A stretch of DNA of 64,000 nt from NCBI GenBank assembly GCA_037441775.1, contig JBBIRO010000007.1, positions 46,197 to 110,196 on the forward strand. Direction: 5' to 3'. Below, in pieces: positions 9,499-19,090 of this stretch; position 1 is the stretch's first letter, and every line of letters starts with the position of its first letter. The notes beneath the pieces were generated by a model that did no database searches, had not been told where the DNA came from, and saw nothing but the letters and a program-made list of their open reading frames with translations. Made by a program: the position numbers and the translations under genes. Source of the DNA: Syntrophobacterales bacterium (GTDB taxonomy: Bacteria; Desulfobacterota; Syntrophia; Syntrophales; CAMTWB01).

Positions 9499-10062
9499 CT
9501 ATTTCTTTTTCTCTCGCACTTCGGTGGTGTAAATGGTGGCGCTTACCCGGACCTTATCGCTACCCTCGACCATGCCCCTGTTTTCCTCCAGGAAAACAGT
9601 CACCTTTTCCCCCTTGACGAGATTAGGCCCCTCGCGCAAGGTAGCATTTCCGGTCAGGATTATCTGCTGGGTATCCTGGATGAAAACCGCATCATCCCCG
9701 GTGGCCGTCCGTTCCTCCATTTGGATATTTACCCGCCCCCTGGCCTCTATGCGGTCAAGTTCACCGCCCCTCATGGGATCCCTGGCCGCAACAGGTCCGG
9801 CCTGGGTTTCTTTCTTGAAGTGTAGGATCAAACGGTCCGCCTTGATGGTCTTGTCTTCCTGTACGGCCACGACATTTCCCGTAAAGGTGACCATCCTCTT
9901 TTCATTGTTAGCATCCAGTCTGTCTGCATCAATCTTGATGGGCTTTGGTTTATCCCGCTCCAGCCGGGGCTCCTTTCTTGCCTCCGCCGGCTGCGCCCCG
10001 GCGCTGCCGAAGGGCATCACCAGTAAAAAACAAGAAATAAAAATAAGCAATTTTTTTTTCAT
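9499..10062 (-). CDS. lptA: LPS transport periplasmic protein LptA (OstA-like)
   Basis: Signal peptide followed by OstA-like repeats (ADRLDANNEKRMVTFTGNVV...). Lies between lptC and lptB. Confidence 0.8.
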   Translation of the reverse strand: MKKKLLIFISCFLLVMPFGSAGAQPAEARKEPRLERDKPKPIKIDADRLDANNEKRMVTFTGNVVAVQEDKTIKADRLILHFKKETQAGPVAARDPMRGGELDRIEARGRVNIQMEERTATGDDAVFIQDTQQIILTGNATLREGPNLVKGEKVTVFLEENRGMVEGSDKVRVSATIYTTEVREKKK

Positions 10063-10066
10063 TTGT

Positions 10067-10621
10067 TCACCTCGCCGGTTGAATCCGCGCCTTTACGGAC
10101 GAGCTTAGGGTCAGGTGCTCATCTTTGAGCGAAAGGGTCATCCCCTTCGCCTGGACAGTGATAAAGTCATTTTCCATAATGACCGGCTCTTTCGTAAATA
10201 TCTGCTCTTCCTTTTTCGAAAATCGCAGTAGCTGCGTTTTGAACCGGTCCCCCTTGTCCGAAATTATAACAATATTTCCCGAAAGTTCCATATCATTGCT
10301 TGCCGTGTCGATCTTCCCCCGGTCAGCGCTTAGATTATAAATGCTCCCGTCCTTCATGATAAATTTAATCTTGACCCGATCAAACAGTGCCGTATTTTCT
10401 TTTTTCAGGTAGCGGGCGGTATCCGCAATTATCTCCCATTTTACACCAGCAGTACCCAGTTCCTCGTATTTTACCTCTTTAACCTGAAGGTCAATATCAG
10501 CGGGGAGAATCTTCAGGAGGTCTGTTGGCTTCGGCTTGCCGGCAGTCCAAAAGTATCCTGCTAAAGCCACCAGCATAAGCGATGAAATGGCTAAGGCGAT
10601 AAGAATCTTTTTCTTTTTCAT
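10067..10621 (-). CDS. lptC: LPS export system protein LptC
   Basis: N-terminal TM anchor plus a beta-jellyroll-like body. Conserved position upstream of lptA. Confidence 0.7.
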   Translation of the reverse strand: MKKKKILIALAISSLMLVALAGYFWTAGKPKPTDLLKILPADIDLQVKEVKYEELGTAGVKWEIIADTARYLKKENTALFDRVKIKFIMKDGSIYNLSADRGKIDTASNDMELSGNIVIISDKGDRFKTQLLRFSKKEEQIFTKEPVIMENDFITVQAKGMTLSLKDEHLTLSSSVKARIQPAR

Positions 10622-10737
10622 TTCCGCGGGCCGGTCATCAAGCTACCATCCTCCGCCTGGTTAAAAGCGCTGTTGATAATTGATATAGCACTGGCATTGG
10701 GGTATGTAAAGGCGGAAATGAGGGGATGATGCTGCCG

Positions 10738-11277
10738 TCAAAGCTCGTAGCGGGCCGCGATGGCCGGCCATTTATCCTGGGCGCGGATCAGCAGTTCGCA
10801 GATCTCCCTGACAGCCCCCTTGCCGCCGTCGGCATTGGCTATGTAATGGACGTAACTCTTAACCACCTCGCAGGCATCGGCAACCGTGGCGGCGAAACCC
10901 ACCCGCTTCAAGAGGGGGATATCCACCACATCATCACCGACGAAAGCCACCTGGTGGGGCAGCAGCCCTTTGCGCGCAATTATCTCCTCATAAATCTTAA
11001 CCTTATCTCTGGCGCCCTGATGAATTTCTTCTATTCCCAGCTCCCGGGCCCGATACTCCAGAGCCTTGGAAACACGGCCAGTGGCCAGTATTACCTCAAT
11101 ACCTCCCCCCATCAGGAGCCTCAGCCAATGACCATCCTTAACGTTGAAGTTTTTTGCTTCCACTCCCCGGTCATCGATAATGATTGCCCCATCGGTTAGG
11201 ACGCCGTCGACATCGAGCAGTAGAAGCCGAATCGGCTTGAGCCTCTCCTGGAGTGTTTCGTTCAGATAATTCAGCAT
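10738..11277 (-). CDS. kdsC: 3-deoxy-D-manno-octulosonate 8-phosphate phosphatase (HAD family)
   Basis: LLLLDVDGVLTDG HAD motif I and GDDVVDIP motif. Adjacent to kdsA. Confidence 0.85.
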   Translation of the reverse strand: MLNYLNETLQERLKPIRLLLLDVDGVLTDGAIIIDDRGVEAKNFNVKDGHWLRLLMGGGIEVILATGRVSKALEYRARELGIEEIHQGARDKVKIYEEIIARKGLLPHQVAFVGDDVVDIPLLKRVGFAATVADACEVVKSYVHYIANADGGKGAVREICELLIRAQDKWPAIAARYEL

Positions 11278-12122
11278 CGATCATCTCCTTTTGCGGGGAC
11301 ATCACCCTGTTTAACTAGCAGGTCAATCCCTTTCAGGGTTGCCAATAGACCAGGCAGTTGGTCGAGGTACAGAGAGTTTGGGCCATCGCACAACGCTTCC
11401 GGCGGATTGGGATGGACTTCGAAAAAAAAGCCGTCCACTCCCACCGCCGCCGCCGCCCGGGCCAAGGCCGGCACCATCTCTCGCTGTCCCGCCGAGGACG
11501 TACCAGCGCCGCCGGGCAGCTGGACGCTATGGGTGGCGTCATAGATCACAGGGTATCCCATCTTTCTCATAATTGTAAGTCCTCGAAAGTCTGAAACAAG
11601 ATTGTTATAGCCGAAAGATACACCCCGCTCGGTAATCAGGATCTGTTCATTACCTGTGGACAAGACCTTGTCTATTACGTTAGCCATGTCCCAGGGGGCC
11701 AAAAACTGCCCCTTTTTGATATTGACAATCCGGCCGGTGCGGGCAACTTCGCAGATGAAATCTGTCTGACGGGAAAGAAATGCCGGAATCTGCATGATAT
11801 CAAGAACTTGAGCGGCAGGTTCGATTTCCTCAAAGCGATGTACGTCCGAAAGCAAGGGGAGGTTGTAATCCTGCTTGATTCTGGCCAGAATTGCGAGCCC
11901 CCGGGAAAGACCGGGGCCACGGTAGGAGTGGATCGACGTCCGGTTGGCCTTGTCATAGGAGGCCTTGAAAATAAATGGCATTTCCAGGGTTTCCGCAACT
12001 TTTTTCACTGCCAGGGCAATTGCCCGCGTTTTTTCCTCGCTCTCCACCACGCAGGGGCCTGCAATGAGCGCCAGCGGAAGACCGGCGCCGATAGTGAAAT
12101 TTTTTAGACTCACTTTCCTCAT
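11271..12122 (-). CDS. kdsA: 2-dehydro-3-deoxyphosphooctonate aldolase (KDO8P synthase)
   Basis: 283 aa. Motifs GPCVVESE, FKASYDKANR and DATHSVQLPGG are typical of KdsA. Confidence 0.95.
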   Translation of the reverse strand: MRKVSLKNFTIGAGLPLALIAGPCVVESEEKTRAIALAVKKVAETLEMPFIFKASYDKANRTSIHSYRGPGLSRGLAILARIKQDYNLPLLSDVHRFEEIEPAAQVLDIMQIPAFLSRQTDFICEVARTGRIVNIKKGQFLAPWDMANVIDKVLSTGNEQILITERGVSFGYNNLVSDFRGLTIMRKMGYPVIYDATHSVQLPGGAGTSSAGQREMVPALARAAAAVGVDGFFFEVHPNPPEALCDGPNSLYLDQLPGLLATLKGIDLLVKQGDVPAKGDDRC

Positions 12123-12131
12123 AATCTGCTC

Positions 12132-14168
12132 CTATTTGAATTTTTCCTGCATTAGCCGAACTCCCAGAGCGCGGATCTTCTCTTTTGCTCTGGTTGAGGC
12201 GTGATTAAGTTCCAAAGATTTGTGATAGGCCTGTCTGGCCTCCTGGTCCATTTTCTTTTTTTCGTAGGCCTCTCCCAGGCTCAAATAGACCTCATCGTCG
12301 TTGGGGTCAAATTTAAGGGACATCAGATAATATTCGATTTCCTTATCCGTATTTCCCAACTGGCCACTCGCATAGCCAAGGCTGGAATAGATTGAGGCCT
12401 TGGCCTGGCGACCAGTCACCATTTTCTCCAAGCGCAGGTAGGTTTTGACGGCCTTGTCAAACTGCTTGCCGTCCATGTAGCTTGTTGCCAGAATATCCAA
12501 CACCTCCTTGGTCGGCTGCTGGGCGGCATATTTTTCATAAGCCTCTATCGCCTTTTTTTCATTTTTCATCTGTCCATAGGTAACAGCCAGATTGTAGTGG
12601 ATGATGGGATCATTCATACCCTGTTTTATGGCTGCTTCGTAGCGTTCAGCCGATTGAGCGTATTGCTTCAACTCCCCGTACGCGTAAGCCATATTTAGGT
12701 AAACCGGACCCATCTTGGTAGATTTTTTACCCAGTTTGTCCAGTTTTTCGAAATGAGAGATGGCGCCGGAATAGTCCCTAAGCCTAAAAAGGCAGTTGGC
12801 CAGTCTCTCCAGGACATCCCCGTCGGTCGGCTTTACCTTCAGTATGGCCCGATAAGCGTCCGCCGCTTCCCGATCCATTTTATTTTTCTCGTAGGCCGCA
12901 GCCAGATTGAAACGAACCGTCTGGTCATCGGTCTTGATTTTAAGTGAACGCTGATAACTGTCGATCTCATCCTTGACCATACCCTTGTTTGAGTAGGCTA
13001 TTCCGAGGATGGCATAAAAATTGGCATTCTTGGGCTGGAGTTTAATCAGTTCCTGGAGCCATTTGATTGCCTCATCATAGTTGCCGCCCTTCATCGATGC
13101 TTCCGCCAGGGCGACCATAATATTCTGATCTTTCGGCTGTTTGGCTTGGGCGACTTGATAATGCTCAATGGTTTTTTTCAGATTCCCGGTCCTCTCGTAC
13201 AGTTCGCCAAGTCTGTAATGCACCAGGGGGTTTTGCGAGTCCGTTTTAAGTATTTCTTGATAAACTACAATCGCCCGGTCCGGTTTGCCCAGGTTTGTAA
13301 AGGCCGCGGCCATTTCATGACGGGCATTATTATCATGGGGGTCTATTTTGATTATTTCCTGCGCGGCTTGAATGACCTCGTTATAATCCTTCGACTTTAA
13401 ATGTATTTTCAGTAATTCCCGCCAGGCGGCAAGATCTTGGGGAGCAAGTCTTAAAACCTGCCTGTATTGTGCAACCGCCTCTGGGGTCTGACCCTGGCTT
13501 TCGTACAGGGCCGCCAGCCTCTTCCTTGCTGAGGTATCGGAGGGAGTCATGGCCAGGGCATTCATAAGGAAATTAATCTGCTGTGCCTTGTTATCCGTGC
13601 TCCGTGCATGTCGCAGCCAGTCCTGCGGGGTTACTTCCACTGTAATCGGCAGTCTGGCGATCGTCTCGCCGTGGTATTTGATCAGGATGTTAAAGGCGGG
13701 CGCGTCTTTTACGCCCCCTGGCTTCACCTGTTGGCTGATGGTGGCATCCACCAGATTGGTTTCCACAAGTCGCTTGCGGTAGTCATTGTCATCGCCTAGT
13801 CCCTCTACGTCAAGGCTTATCCCCTTACCGGTCAGAGCATCGGTGGTCAATTCTTTGATTACAAATTCATCTTTATAGCGGATTCTCAGACTCTCCCCTT
13901 CCTTAAGGGTTTCGTCAATTCCATTTTTTTCCAGGACGAGATGGTAGAATTTAGGTGTTTCATTTAAAATCAAATGCCGGAAAGCGTTTTCCCCCCTCAG
14001 CGCGAGATAATCCATTGCTTTTGCTCGGCTGGGGCTGAATACTAAAAAAAAGCCGTAGAGGAGGCCGGCTATCAAAATTATCAGTAATATAAAGCCAAAG
14101 AAATATAATCCTATCCGTGAAATACCGTGATTCATTTTTCCCATTGTCTTTTCCTGTGGGTCGTACAA
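12132..14168 (-). CDS. membrane-anchored tetratricopeptide (TPR) repeat protein
   Basis: N-terminal TM helix (IGLYFFGFILLIILIAGLLYGFFLVF), a non-TPR domain of about 150 aa, then many 34-aa TPR-like units (A..Y...L...P.....A...LG). The exact start is uncertain. Confidence 0.8.
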   Translation of the reverse strand: MYDPQEKTMGKMNHGISRIGLYFFGFILLIILIAGLLYGFFLVFSPSRAKAMDYLALRGENAFRHLILNETPKFYHLVLEKNGIDETLKEGESLRIRYKDEFVIKELTTDALTGKGISLDVEGLGDDNDYRKRLVETNLVDATISQQVKPGGVKDAPAFNILIKYHGETIARLPITVEVTPQDWLRHARSTDNKAQQINFLMNALAMTPSDTSARKRLAALYESQGQTPEAVAQYRQVLRLAPQDLAAWRELLKIHLKSKDYNEVIQAAQEIIKIDPHDNNARHEMAAAFTNLGKPDRAIVVYQEILKTDSQNPLVHYRLGELYERTGNLKKTIEHYQVAQAKQPKDQNIMVALAEASMKGGNYDEAIKWLQELIKLQPKNANFYAILGIAYSNKGMVKDEIDSYQRSLKIKTDDQTVRFNLAAAYEKNKMDREAADAYRAILKVKPTDGDVLERLANCLFRLRDYSGAISHFEKLDKLGKKSTKMGPVYLNMAYAYGELKQYAQSAERYEAAIKQGMNDPIIHYNLAVTYGQMKNEKKAIEAYEKYAAQQPTKEVLDILATSYMDGKQFDKAVKTYLRLEKMVTGRQAKASIYSSLGYASGQLGNTDKEIEYYLMSLKFDPNDDEVYLSLGEAYEKKKMDQEARQAYHKSLELNHASTRAKEKIRALGVRLMQEKFK

Positions 14169-14250
14169 AAATAAGGCTTACAGTCTCAATCGCTTAAGGC
14201 ATATTCAACAATGTTCCCACGCTGCTTATAACCGCGAACCTCACCGGCTT

Positions 14251-15195
14251 TCAACCTCGGGGATGGTAGCGCTGGTGGATCTCTCGGAGCCTTTCCCGAG
14301 TGACATGGGTGTATATTTCGGTCGTGGATATATCGGAATGACCGAGCATGGCCTGAACCGCTCTAAGGTCGGCTCCGCCCTCCAAAAGATGGGTGGCGAA
14401 GGAATGTCGAAAGGTGTGGGGGTAAACCTTTTTGGCGATTCCGGCCATAGCCGCATAATATTTAATTATTTTCCATAATCCCTGCCTGGTGAATCCGCCG
14501 CCCAGACGGGTCAGAAATATTTCATTACATTTTTTATCCTGGAGAAAGATCGGCCTGGCCTGTTCCAGGTAATCCCGCAGGAGGCGATAGGCGGTCTGCC
14601 CGATCGGAACAATTCTGCCCTTGCCGCCCTTGCCGACGGTGTGGAGGCAACCAACCTGCCAATTGATACTGTTCAAATTCAGGCCAACCAACTCGGAGAC
14701 CCGCAAACCCGTGGCATAAAGGAGTTCCATAATAGCCGCATCCCTCAAGCCCCGGGTGGTGTTTTTTGCCGGCTGGGCCAAAAGGAGTTCCATTTCCAGC
14801 CTGCTGATCGTTCCCGGCAGCCGCGCCCAAACCTTGGCCTGCTGCAAATCGGTCAAGGGCGAAGAATATAATATTTTTTCCCTCAGGAGATAGCGGTAAA
14901 ATCCCCTGATGGCCGCCAATGCCCGATTTACCGAATTGGGCGAAAGTCCGTCATTTCTCCAGCGTGCCATGAAGGAGATTACATCAGCCTCCGTTACACT
15001 GTCGAGACTGCCGGAGCCATCCCCCTTCACACCGGCCAGATAGCGTATAAGATCCCGCCGGTAGGCTTCGAGGGTGTTCAAGGCGACCCCCTTCTCCACC
15101 AGCAGGTAATTCAAGTAATCTTCAAGTATCCGGTCAATTTCCTTCGGCGGCAAAGCCTGACACGCTCCTTGTTTATGATTGACCCCGGGCTTCAT
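14251..15195 (-). CDS. xerD: tyrosine site-specific recombinase, XerC/XerD family
   Basis: C-terminal catalytic motifs ATGLRVSE, HTFRHSFATHLLEGGADLRAVQAMLGHSDISTTEIYTH. The XerD versus XerC assignment is tentative. Confidence 0.8.
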   Translation of the reverse strand: MKPGVNHKQGACQALPPKEIDRILEDYLNYLLVEKGVALNTLEAYRRDLIRYLAGVKGDGSGSLDSVTEADVISFMARWRNDGLSPNSVNRALAAIRGFYRYLLREKILYSSPLTDLQQAKVWARLPGTISRLEMELLLAQPAKNTTRGLRDAAIMELLYATGLRVSELVGLNLNSINWQVGCLHTVGKGGKGRIVPIGQTAYRLLRDYLEQARPIFLQDKKCNEIFLTRLGGGFTRQGLWKIIKYYAAMAGIAKKVYPHTFRHSFATHLLEGGADLRAVQAMLGHSDISTTEIYTHVTRERLREIHQRYHPRG

Positions 15196-15322
15196 ACGGC
15201 TTGCAACAGCGCGCCGTTATGCTATGAGACTAACCTGAAACGGATTTACATTCAAGAGTTTAATCTAAACCGGGTCTTCAAAATTTACCATAACTTTTAG
15301 CTCGACAGGCAGCCTTTAGCTC

Positions 15323-18300
15323 ATGATTCATTATCCTGACAACCTCCCGATAGTTGCAAAAAAAGAAGAGATCATCACGGCAATAGATGATAACCAGGTA
15401 ACAATCGTAATCGGTGAAGCCGGCTCAGGTAAAACCACCCAGTTGCCCAAAATGTGCCTGGAATTGGCGGGACAGAGGCCTTCCTTGATCGGCTGCACCC
15501 AGCCTCGACGTATGGCCGCGGTTATGGCCGCCCGCCGGATTTCCCTGGAATTGGGTGAAGAAATGGGGCAACAGGTGGGCTACAGGATACGTTTTGATGA
15601 GAAAAGCGGCCCCCGGCAACGGATCAAGATCATGACCGATGGCATCCTGTTGATGGAAGCCCAGACAGACCCCCTCCTGCGCCGTTATGACACGATCATC
15701 CTCGATGAAGCCCACGAACGCAGCCTCAACATCGATTTTCTATTGGGAATCATAAAAAAGATTACCGCGTTTAGGCCGCGTCTTAAGGTAATCATCACTT
15801 CCGCAACGATTGACGCCTTGAAATTTTCCCAGTTTTTCGATCGGGCGCCCATTATTGAGGTTTCCGGCCGGCTCTATCCGGTGGAGACAATCTACCGACC
15901 TCCTGATGCGACCGCCGGGGAAGAGCAAACACATATAGAAATGGCAGTTCAGGCGGCCGACGAGATATTATCCTGTTATCCGCCGGGCGATATTCTCATT
16001 TTTATGCCTACAGAAGCCGATATCCGTGAAATGATGGCCCTGTTAGAGGGCCGGTATGGACGCGATACTTTGGTTCTGCCTTTTTTCGCCCGCTTAAGCC
16101 GTGTGGAGCAGGAGCGAGTATTTAAGACCAGTGAAGAAAGAAAGATCATCATCGCCACCAATATTGCCGAAACCTCCCTCACCATTCCTGGAACCAAGTA
16201 TGTAATCGACTCCGGCCTCTGCCGGATCAGTGAATACAACGCCCGAACCAAAACCACGAGTCTGCCTATCCGCGGCATATCCGCCAGCAGCGCTGACCAG
16301 AGGAAGGGAAGGTGCGGCCGTCTGCAAAACGGGATATGCTTCCGCCTTTATTCGGAAGAAGACTATCACCGGCTGCCCCTGTTCACGCCCCCGGAGCTGC
16401 AGCGCTCCAACCTGGCCGAGGTTATCTTGAGAATGCTTTACCTGGATTTGGGCGAGCCAGCGGCATTTCCCTTTCTCGATCCGCCGCCGTGGAAAAACAT
16501 CCAGGACGGCCTGGATACCCTGCTGGAACTGGAGGCTATTGTTTATGCCGATCCCCCCCTCCCGCAGGCAAACCGGCAGGAGGCGGAGCAGGAAAAGCAA
16601 CGGCGTCAGTTTAAGATTACTCCCCAGGGCCGCATGATGGCCCGGCTGCCCCTGGATCCCCGGCTATCTCGAATGATCATTGAAGCCAGGCGGGAACAAT
16701 GCCTCACGGAGGTATTAATTATCGCCGCCGCCCTGACGATTCAGCATCCCCGTGAAGTACCCCTTGAGGATGCCAGGAAGGCGGCGGAGATCCACCTGCA
16801 ATTCCAGAATAAGGATTCCGACTTTCTGGGCTTGCTGAAAATATACCAGGAATTTGAACGGATTACGGATGCCGGATCCTCACGGGGAGCGGCCAGAAAA
16901 TTCTGCCGGGATCGTTTTCTCTCCTTCCGGCGAATGCAGGAATGGCGGGATATTGTGGAACAACTGAAAGCAATATTGGCGGAGCATGGCATAAAGATAG
17001 AACCTGCCTTGGCAAATGATGACCTGTCATACGAAAAGATACATAAATCAATCATCAGTGGCTACCTGTCGCAAATAGCGTACAAGAAAAAAAAGAATCT
17101 CTATCAAGCCGCCCGCGGCAGGGAGGTACATGTTTTCCCCGGCTCCGATCTTTACAACAGCAAGGGCGCCAAGTGGATTGTGGCAACGGAGATGATTGAA
17201 ACCTCCCGGCTCTACGCCCGGCGCCTGGCGCGGATCGAAAGCCGCTGGATAGAGGCGCTGGGTAAAAACCTTTGCCGCTATGCCTACCATAATCCCCGCT
17301 GGGACAGCGGGCGAAGAGAGGTCGTTGCGGATGAGCAGGTGAGTCTCTATGGCCTGATAATTGTGCCGCGAAGACAGGTGTCTTATGGGCCGGTTGACCC
17401 GCGGGAAGCCGCGGACATCTTTATCCGCGAGGCCCTAATGGCGCCGGACGAGCAGCTTGACCTTGCATTTTTACGCCATAATATCGAACTGATAGAGAGG
17501 GTCAGATCCTGGGAAGATAAACTTAGGCGTCGGGATATCCTGGTCGGAGAGGAGGTCATCTTTGAGTTCTATCGCCGCCGGCTTCCTGAGATACACAGTC
17601 TCAAGAGCCTACAGAAATTAATCCGCTTGCAAGACGGAGATGCCTTTCTTAAGATGACGGAGTCTGACCTGCTGCGTAACCCTCCCCAGGTCGATCCCGG
17701 CAGCTATCCCGAGCAGGTATTAATAGATCAAAAGCCCGTTAATGTTTCCTATCTTTTTGCTCACGGAAACCCGGCCGACGGAGTTACCCTTAAACTGCCC
17801 CTGGAAATGCTGGCCCACCTTCCCGATACCCTGCCGGAATCTCTTGTTCCCAGCCTTTGGCGGGAAAAGGTTTGGCAACTCCTCAAGGGGCTGCCCAAGG
17901 AGTGGCGAAAACGGCTCCATCCCCTCAAGGAGAAACATGAGTTCATCATCCGGGAATTTAATCCTTCCCGCGGGCCGCTGGTCAGCGAACTCTCCCGCTT
18001 TCTAAGGGAGCAACTGGGGCTGGAAATTCCCGCTTCCGTCTGGCCGGTTGGCAAGATTGAAGAATATCTGCAGATGAGAATCGCTCTTATGGGAGATGAT
18101 GGAACAGAACATTTCGCGTCGCGGGATCTGGCGGCTGTCCGGGCGCAACATTGTAACCTGAATCAGCACCCGGCTTTCATCGCCGCCAGAGACATTTGGG
18201 GAAGGGAAGGGATGCTAAGCTGGGATTTTCCGGATTTGCCGGATCAGATACCTCTCGAACACAATGGCAGGATTTTCGGTCAGGCGTTTCCTGGGCTTAT

Positions 18301-19090
18301 GGCCACCGGGCAGGGGGTTGCGCTCAAGCTTTTCCTTAATTCCCGAGAGGCGGCGCTTGCTCATCGCGAGGGGACACTTGCGCTCTATCAAACCCATCTG
18401 GCGGACCATTTTGTCCGGATGCGAAAGCACTTGGCCCTCAAACCAGATACTAAACTCTGGGCCGCCGCCTGGCAGGATATTAAAACCCTGACGACCCAGC
18501 TGCAAAGACAGGTAGTAAGAGAACTTGCGGCCTCCGATATTAGAAAAGCCGCGGACTTCATCCGCCAGGCGGATGAGATGAAAAGTCTGATCCCGCTAAA
18601 AGCTCAAGAGATAGTGAGGCGGATTGAACCCCTGCTCAAAGCCTTTTATGAAACGTCAATCCGCCTGGAAAAATTGAGATCTCAAAATCGCGAAAGCAAG
18701 CCTGGATTGGCATACCTGCTTAAATTAGAGGGAGAACTGCAAGGGCTTCTACCGCCTGATTTCATGGATCGTTTTGACCAGAATCGCCATGAGTGCCTGA
18801 TTCGTTTCATGAGGGGCCTGGCGATCAGGGCCGAAAGGGGGCTTATTCACCTGGAAAAGGCATGGGAGAAAACCAGAGAGGTTGAAAAATACGTGCAAAT
18901 TCAAGTTCAGGCAGAGTCTGAATTAACACCCGGCGACAATCCGGAAAGAAAGCAGGCTCTGGATGAGTTATTTTGGATGATTCAGGAGTATAAGGTATCC
19001 CTCTTTGCCCAGGAGCTGAAAACTCGTTTCCCCATTTCCAAAAAGAGGCTGGACGAAAAAATTGCACTACTCCAACGTAACGATCTTTAA
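15323..19090 (+). CDS. hrpA: ATP-dependent RNA helicase HrpA (DEAH-box)
   Basis: 1255 aa with GEAGSGKTTQLP, DEAHERS, TNIAETSLTIPG and QRKGRCGR motifs, plus the long HrpA C-terminal extension. Confidence 0.9.
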   Translation: MIHYPDNLPIVAKKEEIITAIDDNQVTIVIGEAGSGKTTQLPKMCLELAGQRPSLIGCTQPRRMAAVMAARRISLELGEEMGQQVGYRIRFDEKSGPRQRIKIMTDGILLMEAQTDPLLRRYDTIILDEAHERSLNIDFLLGIIKKITAFRPRLKVIITSATIDALKFSQFFDRAPIIEVSGRLYPVETIYRPPDATAGEEQTHIEMAVQAADEILSCYPPGDILIFMPTEADIREMMALLEGRYGRDTLVLPFFARLSRVEQERVFKTSEERKIIIATNIAETSLTIPGTKYVIDSGLCRISEYNARTKTTSLPIRGISASSADQRKGRCGRLQNGICFRLYSEEDYHRLPLFTPPELQRSNLAEVILRMLYLDLGEPAAFPFLDPPPWKNIQDGLDTLLELEAIVYADPPLPQANRQEAEQEKQRRQFKITPQGRMMARLPLDPRLSRMIIEARREQCLTEVLIIAAALTIQHPREVPLEDARKAAEIHLQFQNKDSDFLGLLKIYQEFERITDAGSSRGAARKFCRDRFLSFRRMQEWRDIVEQLKAILAEHGIKIEPALANDDLSYEKIHKSIISGYLSQIAYKKKKNLYQAARGREVHVFPGSDLYNSKGAKWIVATEMIETSRLYARRLARIESRWIEALGKNLCRYAYHNPRWDSGRREVVADEQVSLYGLIIVPRRQVSYGPVDPREAADIFIREALMAPDEQLDLAFLRHNIELIERVRSWEDKLRRRDILVGEEVIFEFYRRRLPEIHSLKSLQKLIRLQDGDAFLKMTESDLLRNPPQVDPGSYPEQVLIDQKPVNVSYLFAHGNPADGVTLKLPLEMLAHLPDTLPESLVPSLWREKVWQLLKGLPKEWRKRLHPLKEKHEFIIREFNPSRGPLVSELSRFLREQLGLEIPASVWPVGKIEEYLQMRIALMGDDGTEHFASRDLAAVRAQHCNLNQHPAFIAARDIWGREGMLSWDFPDLPDQIPLEHNGRIFGQAFPGLMATGQGVALKLFLNSREAALAHREGTLALYQTHLADHFVRMRKHLALKPDTKLWAAAWQDIKTLTTQLQRQVVRELAASDIRKAADFIRQADEMKSLIPLKAQEIVRRIEPLLKAFYETSIRLEKLRSQNRESKPGLAYLLKLEGELQGLLPPDFMDRFDQNRHECLIRFMRGLAIRAERGLIHLEKAWEKTREVEKYVQIQVQAESELTPGDNPERKQALDELFWMIQEYKVSLFAQELKTRFPISKKRLDEKIALLQRNDL

